Positions 1 to 12,356 of a stretch of 64,000 nucleotides of DNA are shown here, piece by piece. This DNA comes from Opitutales bacterium (GTDB lineage Bacteria; Verrucomicrobiota; Verrucomicrobiia; Opitutales; JAFGAQ01): contig JAPXRV010000006.1 in the NCBI GenBank assembly GCA_033813415.1, positions 10,384 through 74,383 of the forward strand. Direction: 5' to 3'. Under the pieces are notes generated by a model. The model saw only the letters and a program-made list of their open reading frames with translations, did no database searches and was not told the origin of the DNA. Both the position numbers and the translations under genes were made by a program. The stretch's first letter is position 1. The number at the start of each line of letters is the position of its first letter.

Positions 1-2
1 TC

Positions 3-524
3 GCACACGCGCACATTGCCAATAGCGATGGCATCCATAACATCGACGCCTCACACCGTCCACCTTTCACTATCGCCCGGACAGGAATCAATCTGTATGG
101 CTGTTTTGACCTCGAAGGCCACCAGACCCTACCTCTCGAGCCGGTCCTTTCGCTCCGTTCGCGTCTCGTCGCGATCCGCGACCTTCCATGGGGTGCTTCC
201 ATCGGATATGGGCGCACCCACACTCTCAAGAAACCTACACGCGTCGGGACTGTCGCGATCGGTTACGCCGATGGCTTGCCACTCCAATTGAGCGACTGCG
301 GCCATCTTTCGATCCGCGGAAAAGATTGCCCCATCCTTGGACGCATTTCGATGGACTACACCACCATCTCACTGGATGCCATTCCCGAGGCACAAATCGG
401 CGATCCGGTGGTTTGCCTGGACGACGCACTGCAAGTCGGTGACTGGGCCAAAGCAAAAGGAACCATTCCCTACGAGATCATCTGTTCAATCGGAAACCGG
501 GTGAAACGGGTCTATGTCGAGTAG
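3..524 (+). CDS. alr: Alanine racemase, C-terminal portion (5' end outside window)
   Basis: Frame 3 is open from base 3 to the TAG at 522-524. The translation (...TGINLYGCFD...RVGTVAIGYADGLP...GRISMDYTTISLD...IPYEIICSIGNRVKRVYVE) looks like the alanine racemase C-terminal domain. The ORF-track entry 276..524 is only the part after an internal Met. Confidence 0.85.
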   Translation, partial: AHAHIANSDGIHNIDASHRPPFTIARTGINLYGCFDLEGHQTLPLEPVLSLRSRLVAIRDLPWGASIGYGRTHTLKKPTRVGTVAIGYADGLPLQLSDCGHLSIRGKDCPILGRISMDYTTISLDAIPEAQIGDPVVCLDDALQVGDWAKAKGTIPYEIICSIGNRVKRVYVE

Positions 525-593
525 TCTGTACCCGGGCACAAAGCCTATCCTTTTAAATCCGGAGGCCTTCACAGCGTATGCGCCAGTAAACCA

Positions 594-1742
594 CTACGAT
601 TGAGCATGCGACGACAACACCCGCTCCATGCGTTGCAAACCCTCATCCAGCATCGCCCGTGGACATCCGAAATTAAGCCTCAGGAATCCGGGCTGTCCAA
701 AGAACGCACCATCTGACAAACCTACTCCGCCCTTCTCAAAAGCTTTGGATGGATCGTCAACACCCCAGCTCCGGACATCCAGCCAAGCCAGATATGTCGC
801 ATCCATCGGCCGCAGCCTTGTCTGGGAATAGCGACCCAATACCTCGTAAACCCGTTTACGGTTACCCTCAAGATACGCCAGCAAGCGTTGCCTCCATGGC
901 TCGCCGTACCGGTACGCCGCCTCGCATCCCGCGTAACCGAATAGATTGATCTCCGTAATGATTCCGCGGGCTTCGCGCTTGTAGCGATTCCGCAGCGACT
1001 CATCCGGGATCACGAGATAGGCGCAGGCCAATCCCGCGAGATTGTAGGTTTTGCTCGGTGACATCAGAATGATGGTGCGCTTCAGGATCTCGGGGGACAA
1101 GGTTCCAGCGGAGATGTGCCGGCTCTCACCAAGTTGAAGGTCACAGTGGATCTCGTCCGAGCACAGGATCAGATCATGCTTCACGCAAAACGCGCCGATT
1201 TGTTCGAGTTCGGCCCTGGAAAATGCCTTTCCAACCGGATTCTGAGGATGGCTGAGCAAGAACAAGCGGGTGCGCGGATTCACCTCTGACTCCATCCGCT
1301 CCCAGTCAATCTCCCAACCTGAGTCATCCGGCCGGGGAACCAACGCAACCGTCAACAACTCCCGTTCCGCGTAGCCTGGAGCCGAGAGAAATGGCGGATA
1401 GGATGGAACAAAGGTCATGACGCCGTCCCCATCTTCCGCAAAGGCCCGGCAAGCCAGATTCAACGATGGAACCAATCCAGGGCTCCAAACCAGCCACTCC
1501 GGTTGAATGGTGAAGCTATGCTCACGCTCAAGATACTCGCAGACCGCACGAACCGTTGACTCAGGCGGAATAGTGTATCCAAACACTCCGTGAGATGCCC
1601 TGCGCTGGAGAGCCGCAATCACCTCCCGCGGAGACTCGAAATCCATGTCCGCCACCCAGAAGGGAAGCACATCCTTGCCTTCATAACGATCCCACTTCAG
1701 GCTTCCGGTTTCCCGCCTGTTGATCTGCTTGTCGAACTCCAT
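594..1742 (-). CDS. PLP-dependent class I/II aminotransferase, MalY/PatB-type C-S lyase (cystathionine beta-lyase-like)
   Basis: N-terminus MEFDKQINRRETGSLKWD, with FWVADMDF and the PLP-lysine motif MSPSKTYNLAGL. Start moved to the internal ATG at 1742 (the MEFDKQ... N-terminus) instead of the ORF-track start 1784. Confidence 0.8.
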   Translation of the reverse strand: MEFDKQINRRETGSLKWDRYEGKDVLPFWVADMDFESPREVIAALQRRASHGVFGYTIPPESTVRAVCEYLEREHSFTIQPEWLVWSPGLVPSLNLACRAFAEDGDGVMTFVPSYPPFLSAPGYAERELLTVALVPRPDDSGWEIDWERMESEVNPRTRLFLLSHPQNPVGKAFSRAELEQIGAFCVKHDLILCSDEIHCDLQLGESRHISAGTLSPEILKRTIILMSPSKTYNLAGLACAYLVIPDESLRNRYKREARGIITEINLFGYAGCEAAYRYGEPWRQRLLAYLEGNRKRVYEVLGRYSQTRLRPMDATYLAWLDVRSWGVDDPSKAFEKGGVGLSDGAFFGQPGFLRLNFGCPRAMLDEGLQRMERVLSSHAQS

Positions 1743-1846
1743 GGGGTTCCAATGGAGTCGATTGCCGGAATTTCTCAAGCGCAAAAAAACCGGTGATCGA
1801 TCGGTTGGGCCAATCTTTCACCGGTTTTATCCACAAAAACTGGAAA

Positions 1847-2728
1847 TCAGGCCTTCGGCTTGTAAACCGACAGAAGCGTCTCCGCGATATCCGAAGGAGT
1901 TGGCGCAACGGCGATACCAGCGGCTTTCAACGCTGCAATCTTGGAGTCAGCCCCACCACTGCTACCGGATACGATCGCCCCGGCGTGCCCCATCCGCCTT
2001 CCCGCAGGAGCGGTTGTTCCCGCAATGAATGCGGCAACCGGCTTGCGCACGTGATCCCGGACATAAGCGGCCGCCTGCTCCTCAGCCGATCCACCGATTT
2101 CCCCAATCATGACAATCGCCTCAGTTTCCGGATCCTCGTTGAACATCCTGAGCACATCCAGATGACTGGTTCCATTGATCGGGTCACCTCCGATTCCAAC
2201 ACATGTCGACTGCCCATAGCCCCGCACTGTGAGCTGATACATGGCCTCATAGGTCAAGGTTCCGGAACGGCTCACCACCCCGATCTTTCCAGGTTTGGCA
2301 ATGTATCCCGGCATGATCCCGATGTTACACTGTCCGGGAGTCATGATGCCTGGACAATTCGGTCCAATCAGGCGGGACTGGCTCGCCTTCAAGGCGCGCT
2401 TAACGATCGCCATGTCCTTGACCGGAATTCCTTCCGTGATGCAAACGATCAGCTTAATCCCTGCGTCGATGGCCTCCAGAATGCCGTCCGCCGCAAACGG
2501 TGGCGGCACAAAGATCACCGAGGTGTTAGCCCCTTCCTGCTGCACCGCCTCATGCACGGTGTTGAACACTGGAATCTTGTTGTCGAACAATTGCCCGCCC
2601 TTTCCAGGGGTGACTGCACCGACGTAACGTGTGCCGTATGCGATGTTGTTCAGCGCATGCTTGGATCCGGCCTTACCGGTGATTCCCTGTCCCACCACGC
2701 GGGTTTCGCTGTTTACCAGAATACTCAT
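1847..2728 (-). CDS. sucD: Succinyl-CoA synthetase alpha subunit
   Basis: [41 protein letters not shown] and MGHAGAI motifs. Start trimmed to the ATG at 2728, directly downstream of sucC. Confidence 0.9.
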   Translation of the reverse strand: MSILVNSETRVVGQGITGKAGSKHALNNIAYGTRYVGAVTPGKGGQLFDNKIPVFNTVHEAVQQEGANTSVIFVPPPFAADGILEAIDAGIKLIVCITEGIPVKDMAIVKRALKASQSRLIGPNCPGIMTPGQCNIGIMPGYIAKPGKIGVVSRSGTLTYEAMYQLTVRGYGQSTCVGIGGDPINGTSHLDVLRMFNEDPETEAIVMIGEIGGSAEEQAAAYVRDHVRKPVAAFIAGTTAPAGRRMGHAGAIVSGSSGGADSKIAALKAAGIAVAPTPSDIAETLLSVYKPKA

Positions 2729-2768
2729 AATGCTTCTTTTCCTTTTCGATTGGGTGATCTGGCTAAAC

Positions 2769-3962
2769 TCAAGCCTCCTGAGCCTTGACACGCTCCACAA
2801 TTTTCCGTGCCGCGTCACTCAAGCTGTCAGCTGAATCATGGGCGATGCCGCTCTCCTTGAGGATCTGCTTGCCTTCGTTCACCTCACTACCTTCCAAGCG
2901 GATGACAAGCGGAATCGAAATACCCACGGCCTTGGCTGCTGCAGTCACGCCCTTGGCAATCGTCGCACAACTCATAATACCGCCGAAGATATTGACGAGA
3001 ATACCCTTCACCTTCTTGTCGGAAAGGATGATGCGGAATGCCTCGGTCACCTGCTCAGTGGTTGCACCACCGCCAACATCCAGGAAATTCGATGGATTAC
3101 CCCCGAAGTGCTTGATGATGTCCATGGTCGCCATTGCAAGCCCGGCACCGTTGACAAGACACGCAATATTTCCCTCCAAAGCAATGTAGCTCAGGCCCCA
3201 CTTGGAAGCCTCAATCTCGCGGGGGTCCTCTTCGTTCAGGTCACGCAAAGCCACAATCTCAGGATGCCGGAATAATGCGTTGTCATCAAAACTCACCTTG
3301 GCGTCCAGCGCCTGAAGTTCGCCCTTTTCTGAAATGATCAGTGGATTGATTTCAACCATGGAGCAATCCTTCTCGATGAACAGCCGGTAGAGCCCATTGA
3401 GCAATTTGTCTGCCTGCTTCACAAGATCGCCTTCAAGCCCAAGCGCATACGCCACGCGCCTGCACTGATACGGTTGCAGGCCAATCCCGGCATCCACCGG
3501 AACCCGGATAATTTTCTCTGGAGTATCCGCTGCAACCTGCTCGATCTCAACGCCACCTTCAGTGGAAGCAATGATGATCGGGTTGGACGTCTCCCGATCC
3601 ATCAGGATCGCGAGGTAGTACTCTTTGCAAATCTTACAGGCCCCTGTGAAATAGACCGTCTTGACCATTCGACCCGCAGGTCCAGTTTGCTTCGTGATCA
3701 AGGTATTTCCCAGCATGCGCTTGGCCATCTCGGCGCCTTCACAGCAGGAATTCGCCAGCTTTACCCCACCCTTGTAACCATCGGCAAATGTTCCCTTCCC
3801 TCTGCCTCCAGCATGGATCTGAGCTTTTACGACAATGGTGTCCACGCAAATGCGCTCCAGAGCCGGACCTATATCCCCGGCATCCTGAACAGCGATGCCC
3901 GTTCCACAGGCAACACCATATTGGCCAAACAATTCCTTGGCCTGGTATTCATGAATGTTCAT
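2769..3962 (-). CDS. sucC: Succinyl-CoA synthetase beta subunit
   Basis: [13 protein letters not shown]-terminus, an ATP-grasp region, a GG-rich CoA-ligase C-terminal part, and adjacency to sucD. Confidence 0.92.
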   Translation of the reverse strand: MNIHEYQAKELFGQYGVACGTGIAVQDAGDIGPALERICVDTIVVKAQIHAGGRGKGTFADGYKGGVKLANSCCEGAEMAKRMLGNTLITKQTGPAGRMVKTVYFTGACKICKEYYLAILMDRETSNPIIIASTEGGVEIEQVAADTPEKIIRVPVDAGIGLQPYQCRRVAYALGLEGDLVKQADKLLNGLYRLFIEKDCSMVEINPLIISEKGELQALDAKVSFDDNALFRHPEIVALRDLNEEDPREIEASKWGLSYIALEGNIACLVNGAGLAMATMDIIKHFGGNPSNFLDVGGGATTEQVTEAFRIILSDKKVKGILVNIFGGIMSCATIAKGVTAAAKAVGISIPLVIRLEGSEVNEGKQILKESGIAHDSADSLSDAARKIVERVKAQEA

Positions 3963-4199
3963 GTTAGATGATTTGCGCCTTCAGGAAACGAAAGTCGAAT
4001 GTTTTCCCGTCCTACAGCGCCGGATTTTGCATCTTCGAATACTTCTAATGTCGAACATTAGACGGTATTGGGATATCGGCATCGATTCACAACCCTTCAC
4101 CCTGGAACCGGGAAAAGGAAATGCATAAAACCTCAATCCGTATGAGGGTATGTCGATACCCATAGCAGCCATCGTCCTGACGGCTCACAGTGACTGGAC

Positions 4200-7100
4200 T
4201 CAAACCGCTATGCCGGAGTTCCTTACGATACTGGAACGCACCCGGATGAGCTCCTCCTTGAGAATATCGATCCGGACCGGCTTCTCAACAAAACCATCCA
4301 TACCGGCATCGGAACAAACTTTCCTGTCCAACTGAGTCACACCAGCTGTCATGGCAATTACCATCGGCTGCCGCTCCGGAGGCAGGTTCTGGCGGATCAG
4401 ACGCGTCGCCTCCAATCCATCCATTTCGGGCATCTGGACATCCATCAGGACGATATCGTATGCGCCTTCGCGCACCTTATCGACAGCCACCTTCCCGTTC
4501 TCGGCAAGATCCGCCACCAGGCCGATGCGCTTGAGCAACAGCATAGCCACTTTCTGGTTCACCGGGTTATCCTCAGCCAGAAGTATCTTGAGCCCATCCA
4601 GATTGACAGCGGAATCTATTGCAGGCGCCGCCGGAGACGGGGCTGTGGATGATTTGTCGTCAACGGATCGCAACCCGATCCTTTCCAATATCTCCGCCAT
4701 CAAGTGTAGCCTCGCGGGCTTGCGCACAAAATACACCCCACCCCAATTGGTCTGAGGATTGACCTCTTTTGTGAGTATCACGATTGGAGTGTGCTCAACA
4801 AACGAAAATCCTCTTATAAAACATATCAGATCATCTAATTTTATTGGCATGTGGTGCATGTCCACCACGATCGCCATCAACCCCGCAGGTTTTTTCTCCT
4901 CCAAAACCGTGACAGTCGTCCAGTCGGGGCTGTAATCGCAACGTAGGCACAGAGTGCGCATCAGGCACTTCAATGCCCGTTCGGCTGGAATCGACGAAGC
5001 AATACACCAAACATCCCTACTCCGAAAGCCGCTGTTGAACTCTCTGGACTTGAAATCCATATCCTGAGGCAAAGAAACCTCAAAGCTGAACAGCGAGCCT
5101 TTCCCTGGTTCGCTTTCCAAATGGATGTCGCCACCCATCAGCCAGACCAGATTGCGGGAAATGGACAACCCCAATCCCGTTCCACCATATTTCCGTATAT
5201 TGGAGTCCTCGACCTGGTAGAAGGGCTCGAAGAGCATCCGGACTTTCTCCTCCGGAATCCCGATGCCTGTGTCGCGAACCTCAAAATAGACTTTGTCAGG
5301 ATGGAGCGGATCGTTTGCACGACGCACCACCACCCGCACCTCGCCCTTCTCAGTGAACTTGATGGCGTTTCCGATCAGGTTGATCAGCACCTGACGCACC
5401 CGGGTAACATCCCCGATCCGGAAATCGCCAACATCCGGGCACATCTCGAAGGAGAGATCCAAATTCTTCTGCTGGGCACCAAAAGCGAGAAGATCCATCA
5501 CATCCTCAACGCAGGTTCTCAGATCAAACGAACTGTTCTCAAGCTCAAGCTTACCTGCCTCAATCTTAGAGAAGTCGAGAATCCCATTCAGAATGCTCAG
5601 CAACGATTCACCTGAACTTTTGATAGTGTGAAGAAAAGCCGCCTGCTGCGAATCCAGCTTCGTCTGATCCAGAAGCGCACACATCCCAATCACACCATTC
5701 ATCGGAGTGCGTATTTCATGGCTCATCGTAGCAAGGAAGCGCCCTTTTGCGATTGAAGCCGCCTGCGCCTCACCCTTTAGCCTCTCGGAAATATCAAGCG
5801 ACTCCCTAAGCTCGCGGTTGCGTTCCTCAAGTTCTGAAGCCTTGTGCAATACCTCCTGAGTCCGGCGGTCGACCTCTTTCTGCAGCTCCGTGTTCGAATA
5901 CCGAAGTCGGGCCTCACGGAACACCACCCCCAGATGGATCAAGAGATAGGCCAATAGAACATACCCGACATAGGCCCAAATCGACTTGAACCAAGGCGTC
6001 CGGATCATAAAAGCGAAATGCACGGTATCCGAACCCACAAATTGGGCATCCCTGCCGTGAACATAAAACATATGTTTTCCGGGGCTCAGGTTGTTGTATT
6101 CCTTTGAATGCTGCGGACGGAAATGCAGCCATTCCTTTTCGTGTCCCTCCAGAAAAAACTGGTATGTGTTGCGCTCCGGCTGCAAATATTGATCCAGAAC
6201 AAACTCAAAGCCCAGATTCCTGACCGTCGACGGCAAAACCATTTCCGGCAGTTCGTTATCAACTGTTATGTCCGCCGCGAGAACCGCTCCGGAATCCAGA
6301 TCCACCACCCGGCGCAGAATCGTCTTCGGCTTAGGGGAAACGGGCGCACTGTCCGGTTGAGGAAACACATAAAGAACTCCATTCAACATTGCGTAGGCAT
6401 CTCCAACAGGAGTCTCAACAAACGCACCCACTCTATTGTCCATGGTTTCTCCGAAGTACTCAATCATCATACCGGGAGTACTCGCCGGCACAGGGTGCAG
6501 ATTCGCGAGTCCATCATTCCGCGAGACCCATCGGCTGCCATCTTCCAAAGCCAACTCCTGAGAATAGTAAAACGGACCTTCCCCGGGAAAATAGGCAACC
6601 TTACGATTGGGTTCAAAGCGACCCCTTGCCCGATCATACTCCAGCATCTCCGTTCCAAACACAAATACCCGGTCTCCCACGATCAAGGGATTCACCCACC
6701 CCATGGGAACCCCCTGTGCCTGAGCCAGAACCTTCAAATCCTCCAACTGCCCACTTCCCGGATTCTTCGACACCAAACCAACCCTGTTTTCACCCATCCT
6801 TATCCATAGATTCCCGAGAGTATCTTCTCCTAGCCCATGGACGATACCGTCTTCCGTAAAAACAGGCTCAAAATCTCCCCAACCGTCCGGCCCTTTAACG
6901 ATCCTGCTCAATCCGCTGTATCCCCCAACGTAAGCCACTCCAGGCTCAACCATGGAGGCAATAACCAGCGACCGATCCGAACCTGCACCACGAGCATCCA
7001 TGCCGTCGGCAGATGGAATGAACAAACCGGAGAAGGCTCCTATCAGCACATCCCCATCAACGACTGCCATCGTACGGGTGGAACTACCCATATCCAATCG

Positions 7101-8267
7101 TATCCACTCCAGATCCAAGCCTCCCTCCAACAAGGGAGCGAGCTCCGCAACAAATACACCCGAACTGGTTCCGACATAGAAGTTTCCGTCGTGAATCAAG
7201 ACCTCAGCCGCCACACCATTAATGCCTTGCTCCTCCGAGAAAAACAAACTCCGAACCGGGATCTGAACAAAACTGATACCCTTGTCGTGGGTGATCCAAA
7301 ATGCGCCATCCTTATCCTCAAAAACCGAACTGATCGTATTGGAGGGCAAGCCGCTTCTTGTGTTGATTACCGATGCCGAGCTTCCATCCGGTTCGCAAAT
7401 CCACAATCCATGGGCTGCCGTGCTGATCACGATCCGCCCGTCGGAAGCCTCAGCAATGTCGGTTGCTCGGCATCCCTCCGGAAACAGCTTTGCGAAGTCC
7501 GGATAATGAGCAAACTGCTTTCCATCAAAAACCCATAGGCCGTTGCCTGTGGTCACAAAAGCCAAACGATCATCTCCCAGCTCTCCACTTACGACGACCG
7601 AGTTCTCACCCCAGAAAAAGTCGCTTCCTTCAACTGGAACGAGTCCGTCTGGGGCAATTGTGTGAAATTTACTATCCGCACCCACTGCATACACCAAGGG
7701 CCCCATCTGATGGAGTGTCCGGATAAAATGCCCCTCCAGAACCTTGCGCACTCCCATGTCAGGATCATACGAAAACAGAGCATTGTGAGCCGCCACATAA
7801 ACCACGCGACCATCTACGATCACATTTCTGAATTCACTCTCGGCCGACCCGAACTTCTCAATCTCACGATACAAATCCGTGTAAACCCACCGGTTGTCCT
7901 TGCCTCGCTCAAACCACCCGAAACGCCGGAATCCACTGGTCCATATACGCCCCTCTCGGTCAATATCCAGGTCGAATACCTGCCCACTGTCCTTCAAAAT
8001 CGTCCAGGACTGGCCGTCATATTCCAAAACGCCCTCATAGTTTCCAATATAGACCAACCCAGTTGAAGATTGAGCAACCCGATAGTTCATGGGATGTCCC
8101 ATATAAACCCTCGAGCCAAAGTTCCTGAGCATAGGAACCCCACTTTTCAAACTATCACCGGACGTCATCCCCGTCACACCCGATATTGGGAAACACAGGC
8201 ACGCAATAGCCACCAGCCCCAATACCAAAGGCGCCGGACATCGGACTACTCTGAAATCGCTCCTCAC
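4200..8267 (-). CDS. Hybrid sensor histidine kinase/response regulator with a large N-terminal beta-propeller sensor
   Basis: 1355 aa with a signal/TM N-terminus and about 750 aa of propeller-like repeats. A Y_Y_Y-like segment ([12 protein letters not shown]...[11 protein letters not shown]) is followed by a TM helix ([21 protein letters not shown]). Then come HisKA ([12 protein letters not shown]), HATPase ([13 protein letters not shown]) and a C-terminal receiver ([13 protein letters not shown]...[12 protein letters not shown]). No AraC output domain. Confidence 0.85.
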   Translation of the reverse strand: MRSDFRVVRCPAPLVLGLVAIACLCFPISGVTGMTSGDSLKSGVPMLRNFGSRVYMGHPMNYRVAQSSTGLVYIGNYEGVLEYDGQSWTILKDSGQVFDLDIDREGRIWTSGFRRFGWFERGKDNRWVYTDLYREIEKFGSAESEFRNVIVDGRVVYVAAHNALFSYDPDMGVRKVLEGHFIRTLHQMGPLVYAVGADSKFHTIAPDGLVPVEGSDFFWGENSVVVSGELGDDRLAFVTTGNGLWVFDGKQFAHYPDFAKLFPEGCRATDIAEASDGRIVISTAAHGLWICEPDGSSASVINTRSGLPSNTISSVFEDKDGAFWITHDKGISFVQIPVRSLFFSEEQGINGVAAEVLIHDGNFYVGTSSGVFVAELAPLLEGGLDLEWIRLDMGSSTRTMAVVDGDVLIGAFSGLFIPSADGMDARGAGSDRSLVIASMVEPGVAYVGGYSGLSRIVKGPDGWGDFEPVFTEDGIVHGLGEDTLGNLWIRMGENRVGLVSKNPGSGQLEDLKVLAQAQGVPMGWVNPLIVGDRVFVFGTEMLEYDRARGRFEPNRKVAYFPGEGPFYYSQELALEDGSRWVSRNDGLANLHPVPASTPGMMIEYFGETMDNRVGAFVETPVGDAYAMLNGVLYVFPQPDSAPVSPKPKTILRRVVDLDSGAVLAADITVDNELPEMVLPSTVRNLGFEFVLDQYLQPERNTYQFFLEGHEKEWLHFRPQHSKEYNNLSPGKHMFYVHGRDAQFVGSDTVHFAFMIRTPWFKSIWAYVGYVLLAYLLIHLGVVFREARLRYSNTELQKEVDRRTQEVLHKASELEERNRELRESLDISERLKGEAQAASIAKGRFLATMSHEIRTPMNGVIGMCALLDQTKLDSQQAAFLHTIKSSGESLLSILNGILDFSKIEAGKLELENSSFDLRTCVEDVMDLLAFGAQQKNLDLSFEMCPDVGDFRIGDVTRVRQVLINLIGNAIKFTEKGEVRVVVRRANDPLHPDKVYFEVRDTGIGIPEEKVRMLFEPFYQVEDSNIRKYGGTGLGLSISRNLVWLMGGDIHLESEPGKGSLFSFEVSLPQDMDFKSREFNSGFRSRDVWCIASSIPAERALKCLMRTLCLRCDYSPDWTTVTVLEEKKPAGLMAIVVDMHHMPIKLDDLICFIRGFSFVEHTPIVILTKEVNPQTNWGGVYFVRKPARLHLMAEILERIGLRSVDDKSSTAPSPAAPAIDSAVNLDGLKILLAEDNPVNQKVAMLLLKRIGLVADLAENGKVAVDKVREGAYDIVLMDVQMPEMDGLEATRLIRQNLPPERQPMVIAMTAGVTQLDRKVCSDAGMDGFVEKPVRIDILKEELIRVRSSIVRNSGIAV

Positions 8268-8524
8268 TCCATTGATTGATTGAAACCCGTGCCATCAGGC
8301 GGAACCGAAGCAAGGGGTTACCCGATAATCGGATCATTCAGCCGATAATTGAGCACTCAATTCCCGGATTCTGTCGATTTTGATCATTCGGGCCAAATTG
8401 ACAGGAACCAACACAGTTCTCCTTTTGCCCAACAATTCCGATTGACGGCCCCGAAACGATCCGGTTACATAAGTTCTACATAAGCAGACAGGCTCTGGAA
8501 GCTTATTGAGCGATCCAGACGAGA

Positions 8525-8598
8525 GCGGGCGTATTACATCGGTAGTATGCGAGCTTCCCAAGCTTGAGAGGCGGGTTCGATTCCCGCCGCCCGCACCA
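8525..8598 (+). tRNA. tRNA-Gly (anticodon CCC), CCA encoded
   Basis: Hand-folded cloverleaf. Acceptor GCGGGCG/CGCCCGC. The D arm has one mismatch. Anticodon stem CGAGC/GCTTG with loop TTCCCAA (U33, CCC, A37). 4-nt variable region. T arm GCGGG-TTCGATT-CCCGC, discriminator A, then CCA at 8596-8598. Confidence 0.85.
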
Positions 8599-8868
8599 CT
8601 TTCCTAAGTTGTTGAAATTGGCACACGTAAAAAAAAGGACCTCCGGAAAACGGCCAAAAGTAATGCTAAACTAATACCGTGTCTCGGAGTGCATAGGTAA
8701 TTCCTGCACGCCTCAATAGGGGCCGTTGATACATGATCGCTCCGCCATTCGTAAAACTCGACTACGATCGCGTTACAGAAGTATTGACGAGAGGCTCGAT
8801 TCAAGGCATCCTACTATTTTCTTTCGGTATCAGACTGCTCCTCAACCCGAAAACCTCTCACGCATATT

Positions 8869-10818
8869 ATGAGTGCGATGCCTAGAATCCTCCTCCCAAC
8901 ACTATCCCTATCGCTGCTTCTTCTGCTCCAAGGCTGCGGAGACAGCAACACTCCCCGGTCAAAGGATGTGCAAGCGTATCTGGAATCCTTAATGTCCAAT
9001 TCGCCCATCAAGATCACCAGTTTTGAATCGACCAACTATCCGGCCGGGACAGACGCATTTGATGTCAAATTCACGGCGGAGATCCGGACGGCGGAGCCAT
9101 TATACACCTATGATGAGGATCCCGGGGCAGCTCGTTCAATCGATCCAAAGTCGATTGCGGAGGCCAGAAAAGCCTACGATCAATTGCCAGCCAGCCATAA
9201 GGTTGGGATCGACCCGATCAGCATCACCCTCGACTATCCGCTCATTGTCCAAAAAGTAAAGGCTGGATCCACGGCTCAATTCTCCGGGGTTGTCAGGGCC
9301 GAGCTTTTCGTCAAAACGTGGAAATTCACGCTACAGCGTTCCGAACCTGCCGATGTGACAGATGCCTTTGACGGTATATCGCTCGCGGAGATAAAAGGAG
9401 AATATAAAGGCTACTACATAACCGGCAGCGAAGAACACAAGCAGGCCCTCGCAGGTCTCGAAAATGCCAGAAACCGATACGTCAGTCAGGTCTCCGAAGC
9501 CAACGACAAATGGAAGCAACAAAGAGAAAAGGCGCTTGAGGAGGCGCGGGCACTTCTTGGGGAAATCAAATCGGATGCGGCAGACGGATACTGCTTCCAA
9601 ACTTCCGAAGACAGTCAGTATCCGGGATCTGTTTTCCTCAAATTCTCCGCTGACCCGTCGGGACTACTCAAGGCGGTTTTTCACAACGATGGATCGTCTG
9701 CTGACACCATCACTTACGAAGCAACCTCAAGGTATGAAAACAACCAACTACAGTTGGAACTGATCAAACCCGTTCGCAGTTCCGCAAAGCTGTTTGGACC
9801 CTTTCTCGAAAACGCTCCGGGTTCCATCCGGCTGACCAAGCTCAGCCGTGATGCTCTTTCGTTTTCCGCCTCACGGATGAACTTCAACATGACCAGAATT
9901 GACCGATACGCCTACGGCAGGGCGATGGACAGCACAATGGAGGGGATTCGGGAAATATCCTCGCTCCTGGCATCAGGCACATCGTTGGATGGAGTGGTCT
10001 CAAATCTCGAGAGAGGATTCACTGAGGAGATATGGCTGCACATAGGAGAGATGAACAGCAACGGATCCTTCTCGGGAAGCATTGAATCGATTCGAAACCC
10101 GTTCCTGAAATCCGGGGTCACCGGAGTACTACGGTCCAATCGGTATGACACCAGCGGAGGGATGCTGGTGATGAACTTCTCCGGAATGGGCCTGGACCGG
10201 ACCTACGAAAATGAATACATCCGGGAAGTCTTCGCCATCTCGTTTTCCAAAGATTTCGATTTCAAGGAAGGTTCTCTCTTCAGTGATGGAAATGTGTGGG
10301 ACTGGACGTTCAAACGGGCGAATGAGACACGCATGGAGGAAGTCAAGCGGGCCCGTAACAACCGACGCCAGTCGATCCTTGATTCTGTGAAAACCGGATT
10401 GATCTATGAGGGCATCATCCGGCTTCAGATCCCCGCGCTGGGCCTGCGTCCGGTCTACACTCCGCATCCAATCAGAATGACCATTCTCGATCTGGACCCG
10501 AATGAAAACCGGGTGCGTCTGGAAATCTCGCACAAAACCGACAAAAGGCTGAAGAGATCGTTCACAGGCACCATCGACTTCGATGACGTCAAGACCGGAT
10601 CCGAACCACTGTCCGTCTCAGCCTCCCAACCCGGTATCAGCAAAAGCACTATAGAAGTGCCTTTGCAGGCGCACATCTGGATGGAGGATGAGTTCTCGTT
10701 CACTCTGAAAGTTCGGGACGGCAAACTCATATGGGGAGACCTCGGGGAATTCGCGATTCCGCCTCCTGAGCCGATTCTGCCGGTGATCCCTGCAAGTGGT
10801 GCTGCAACCCAGCCCTGA
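8869..10818 (+). CDS. Large lipoprotein of unknown function
   Basis: Signal peptide with lipobox (LLLLLQGC GDS) and a long uninterrupted ORF with normal composition. No family recognised. Confidence 0.6.
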   Translation: MSAMPRILLPTLSLSLLLLLQGCGDSNTPRSKDVQAYLESLMSNSPIKITSFESTNYPAGTDAFDVKFTAEIRTAEPLYTYDEDPGAARSIDPKSIAEARKAYDQLPASHKVGIDPISITLDYPLIVQKVKAGSTAQFSGVVRAELFVKTWKFTLQRSEPADVTDAFDGISLAEIKGEYKGYYITGSEEHKQALAGLENARNRYVSQVSEANDKWKQQREKALEEARALLGEIKSDAADGYCFQTSEDSQYPGSVFLKFSADPSGLLKAVFHNDGSSADTITYEATSRYENNQLQLELIKPVRSSAKLFGPFLENAPGSIRLTKLSRDALSFSASRMNFNMTRIDRYAYGRAMDSTMEGIREISSLLASGTSLDGVVSNLERGFTEEIWLHIGEMNSNGSFSGSIESIRNPFLKSGVTGVLRSNRYDTSGGMLVMNFSGMGLDRTYENEYIREVFAISFSKDFDFKEGSLFSDGNVWDWTFKRANETRMEEVKRARNNRRQSILDSVKTGLIYEGIIRLQIPALGLRPVYTPHPIRMTILDLDPNENRVRLEISHKTDKRLKRSFTGTIDFDDVKTGSEPLSVSASQPGISKSTIEVPLQAHIWMEDEFSFTLKVRDGKLIWGDLGEFAIPPPEPILPVIPASGAATQP

Positions 10819-11008
10819 GGATTCAGACGTTATCCATCATTATCGATGAGGGATAGGGTCCCCGTCGTGCGATTATCGTGTGGGACAATATTGCTTGGGC
10901 AGACTCAAGTTCGGCCAAATCTGTTCGATAACATGGATGGTGTTATCAAATGCCGGACAACCCGAAGGGATTCGGCCTCCCCCTACAATACCCTCTGACC
11001 TTACCGCC

Positions 11009-12211
11009 ATGAGCATCACTCCTTCAAACCGGATCCGTGCCCTCCTGTCGCTTGTTTCCATTTCTCTCGGTCAATATGCCGTTTCCATGGAAACTGAAGA
11101 CTCCGACGGCATTCGATCCTACCTCGCTTCCGGTACCTTGAATGGAGAAATCGGACTTGTCAGTATCAGCCACGAGTATCGGGGCTCGGATGATGACAGA
11201 GGTAACGCATTGGGTTTCCTACAGCTCAAATACAAGTCGATCGACACCTGGGGGCTCCACTGGGGCGCGTGGTGGTATGGAGTGAAAAGCGCATGGGAGA
11301 TGCATCCCGGAGATTACGACAGACTCTGCAAAGCCGACAGCAGCCTGCGCGAGTGTTTCGTATCATGGACCATTCCGGAATCGGATACCACCGCGACAGT
11401 TGGACGCTTCAGCATGCGCCAAACCACCATCGATGGCAGATCTCATCAGGGCATCCAACTCATCAGCACGGACATTCCGGGCGTAACCCTCCGTGCGGGA
11501 GCTTTTCACCGCTGGTCACGCTATAACCGTATTCATGTCAACTTCCAGGGAATGACGGGATGGTATGAAGTGGATGCGGTTCACGACGATGCGGGGGATC
11601 TATTCTGGTTTGGCTCAATTCGCAAGCATGGTCAGGACTCCGACTATGTTGAACTCTTCGGACGTCATCAAGACAAGGTCATGAGCGTCATCGGAACAGA
11701 ATGGGACTACTCCCTCCCCATTTCGTCCGATATACGAATCGGCATGGATGGGATCTTTGCCTACTTCGAGAACGCATGGCCGGATCGCCTTCAGCCCGAT
11801 TACGAAGACGCTTACACATGGCTGATGCATGCCTCCTTGAAAACCGATTCCCTCAGCTTTGGAATCGGATGGCACGGAATCAGCGATCACACAGCCGATA
11901 TCGGAGTCGGACCCTACTTCTGGATCGATCCCCTCATCGTCGACGACACCCTACCCTACAACGACCGGAATCGAGCCCAGTTGTTTTATGCCGATGCTGA
12001 TGCTTCCTTGGGAATGTTCGACTTCAACTTTGCCTATGGATATGGCATCAACAACGCAATTGAAGTGAACTCACACGAGTTCAATGCGACCGGGAAGGTG
12101 CACCTGAGGCAGGATCTCTCTTTCGAAATCATGGTCTCCTGGAACATATATGAAGGAGACACACTGGCCGACTATGTAAGAACCGGAACACTCCTGACCT
12201 TCGAATTCTGA
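11009..12211 (+). CDS. Putative outer-membrane beta-barrel protein (unknown family)
   Basis: Start set at MSITPSNRIRALLSLVSISLGQYAVS (signal-like). Alternating aromatic/Gly-rich segments and a C-terminal ...TLLTFEF ending in Phe, which is typical of OMP beta-signals. Co-directional with the upstream lipoprotein. Confidence 0.45.
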   Translation: MSITPSNRIRALLSLVSISLGQYAVSMETEDSDGIRSYLASGTLNGEIGLVSISHEYRGSDDDRGNALGFLQLKYKSIDTWGLHWGAWWYGVKSAWEMHPGDYDRLCKADSSLRECFVSWTIPESDTTATVGRFSMRQTTIDGRSHQGIQLISTDIPGVTLRAGAFHRWSRYNRIHVNFQGMTGWYEVDAVHDDAGDLFWFGSIRKHGQDSDYVELFGRHQDKVMSVIGTEWDYSLPISSDIRIGMDGIFAYFENAWPDRLQPDYEDAYTWLMHASLKTDSLSFGIGWHGISDHTADIGVGPYFWIDPLIVDDTLPYNDRNRAQLFYADADASLGMFDFNFAYGYGINNAIEVNSHEFNATGKVHLRQDLSFEIMVSWNIYEGDTLADYVRTGTLLTFEF

Positions 12212-12356
12212 GCGGAATTCTGTTCTCCCCATTCGCTCAATAACTGAGGGCATCCGTTCCCCGAAAAGACGCATTCAAGAATGCATAGCTGCGACATCTT
12301 TGTCTCGACAATGCATCAATAGTGAACATAGTTTCATCTATCGATCTTGAACGATT

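Noticed and set aside
1793-2788. 331-aa + strand ORF opposite sucD
   Set aside because: A shadow ORF. The sucD assignment on the minus strand is unambiguous.
4351-8066. Many 60-230-aa ORFs on the + strand opposite the hybrid kinase (e.g. 6108..6809, 6837..7538)
   Set aside because: These are antisense shadow ORFs typical of GC-rich coding DNA. The 1355-aa minus-strand ORF has clear domain content.
8268-8868. Integrase or prophage junction next to tRNA-Gly, and small ORFs 8334..8561 and 8604..8804
   Set aside because: No integrase-like sequence and no repeat of the tRNA 3' end were noticed downstream. The small ORFs overlap the tRNA or look non-coding.
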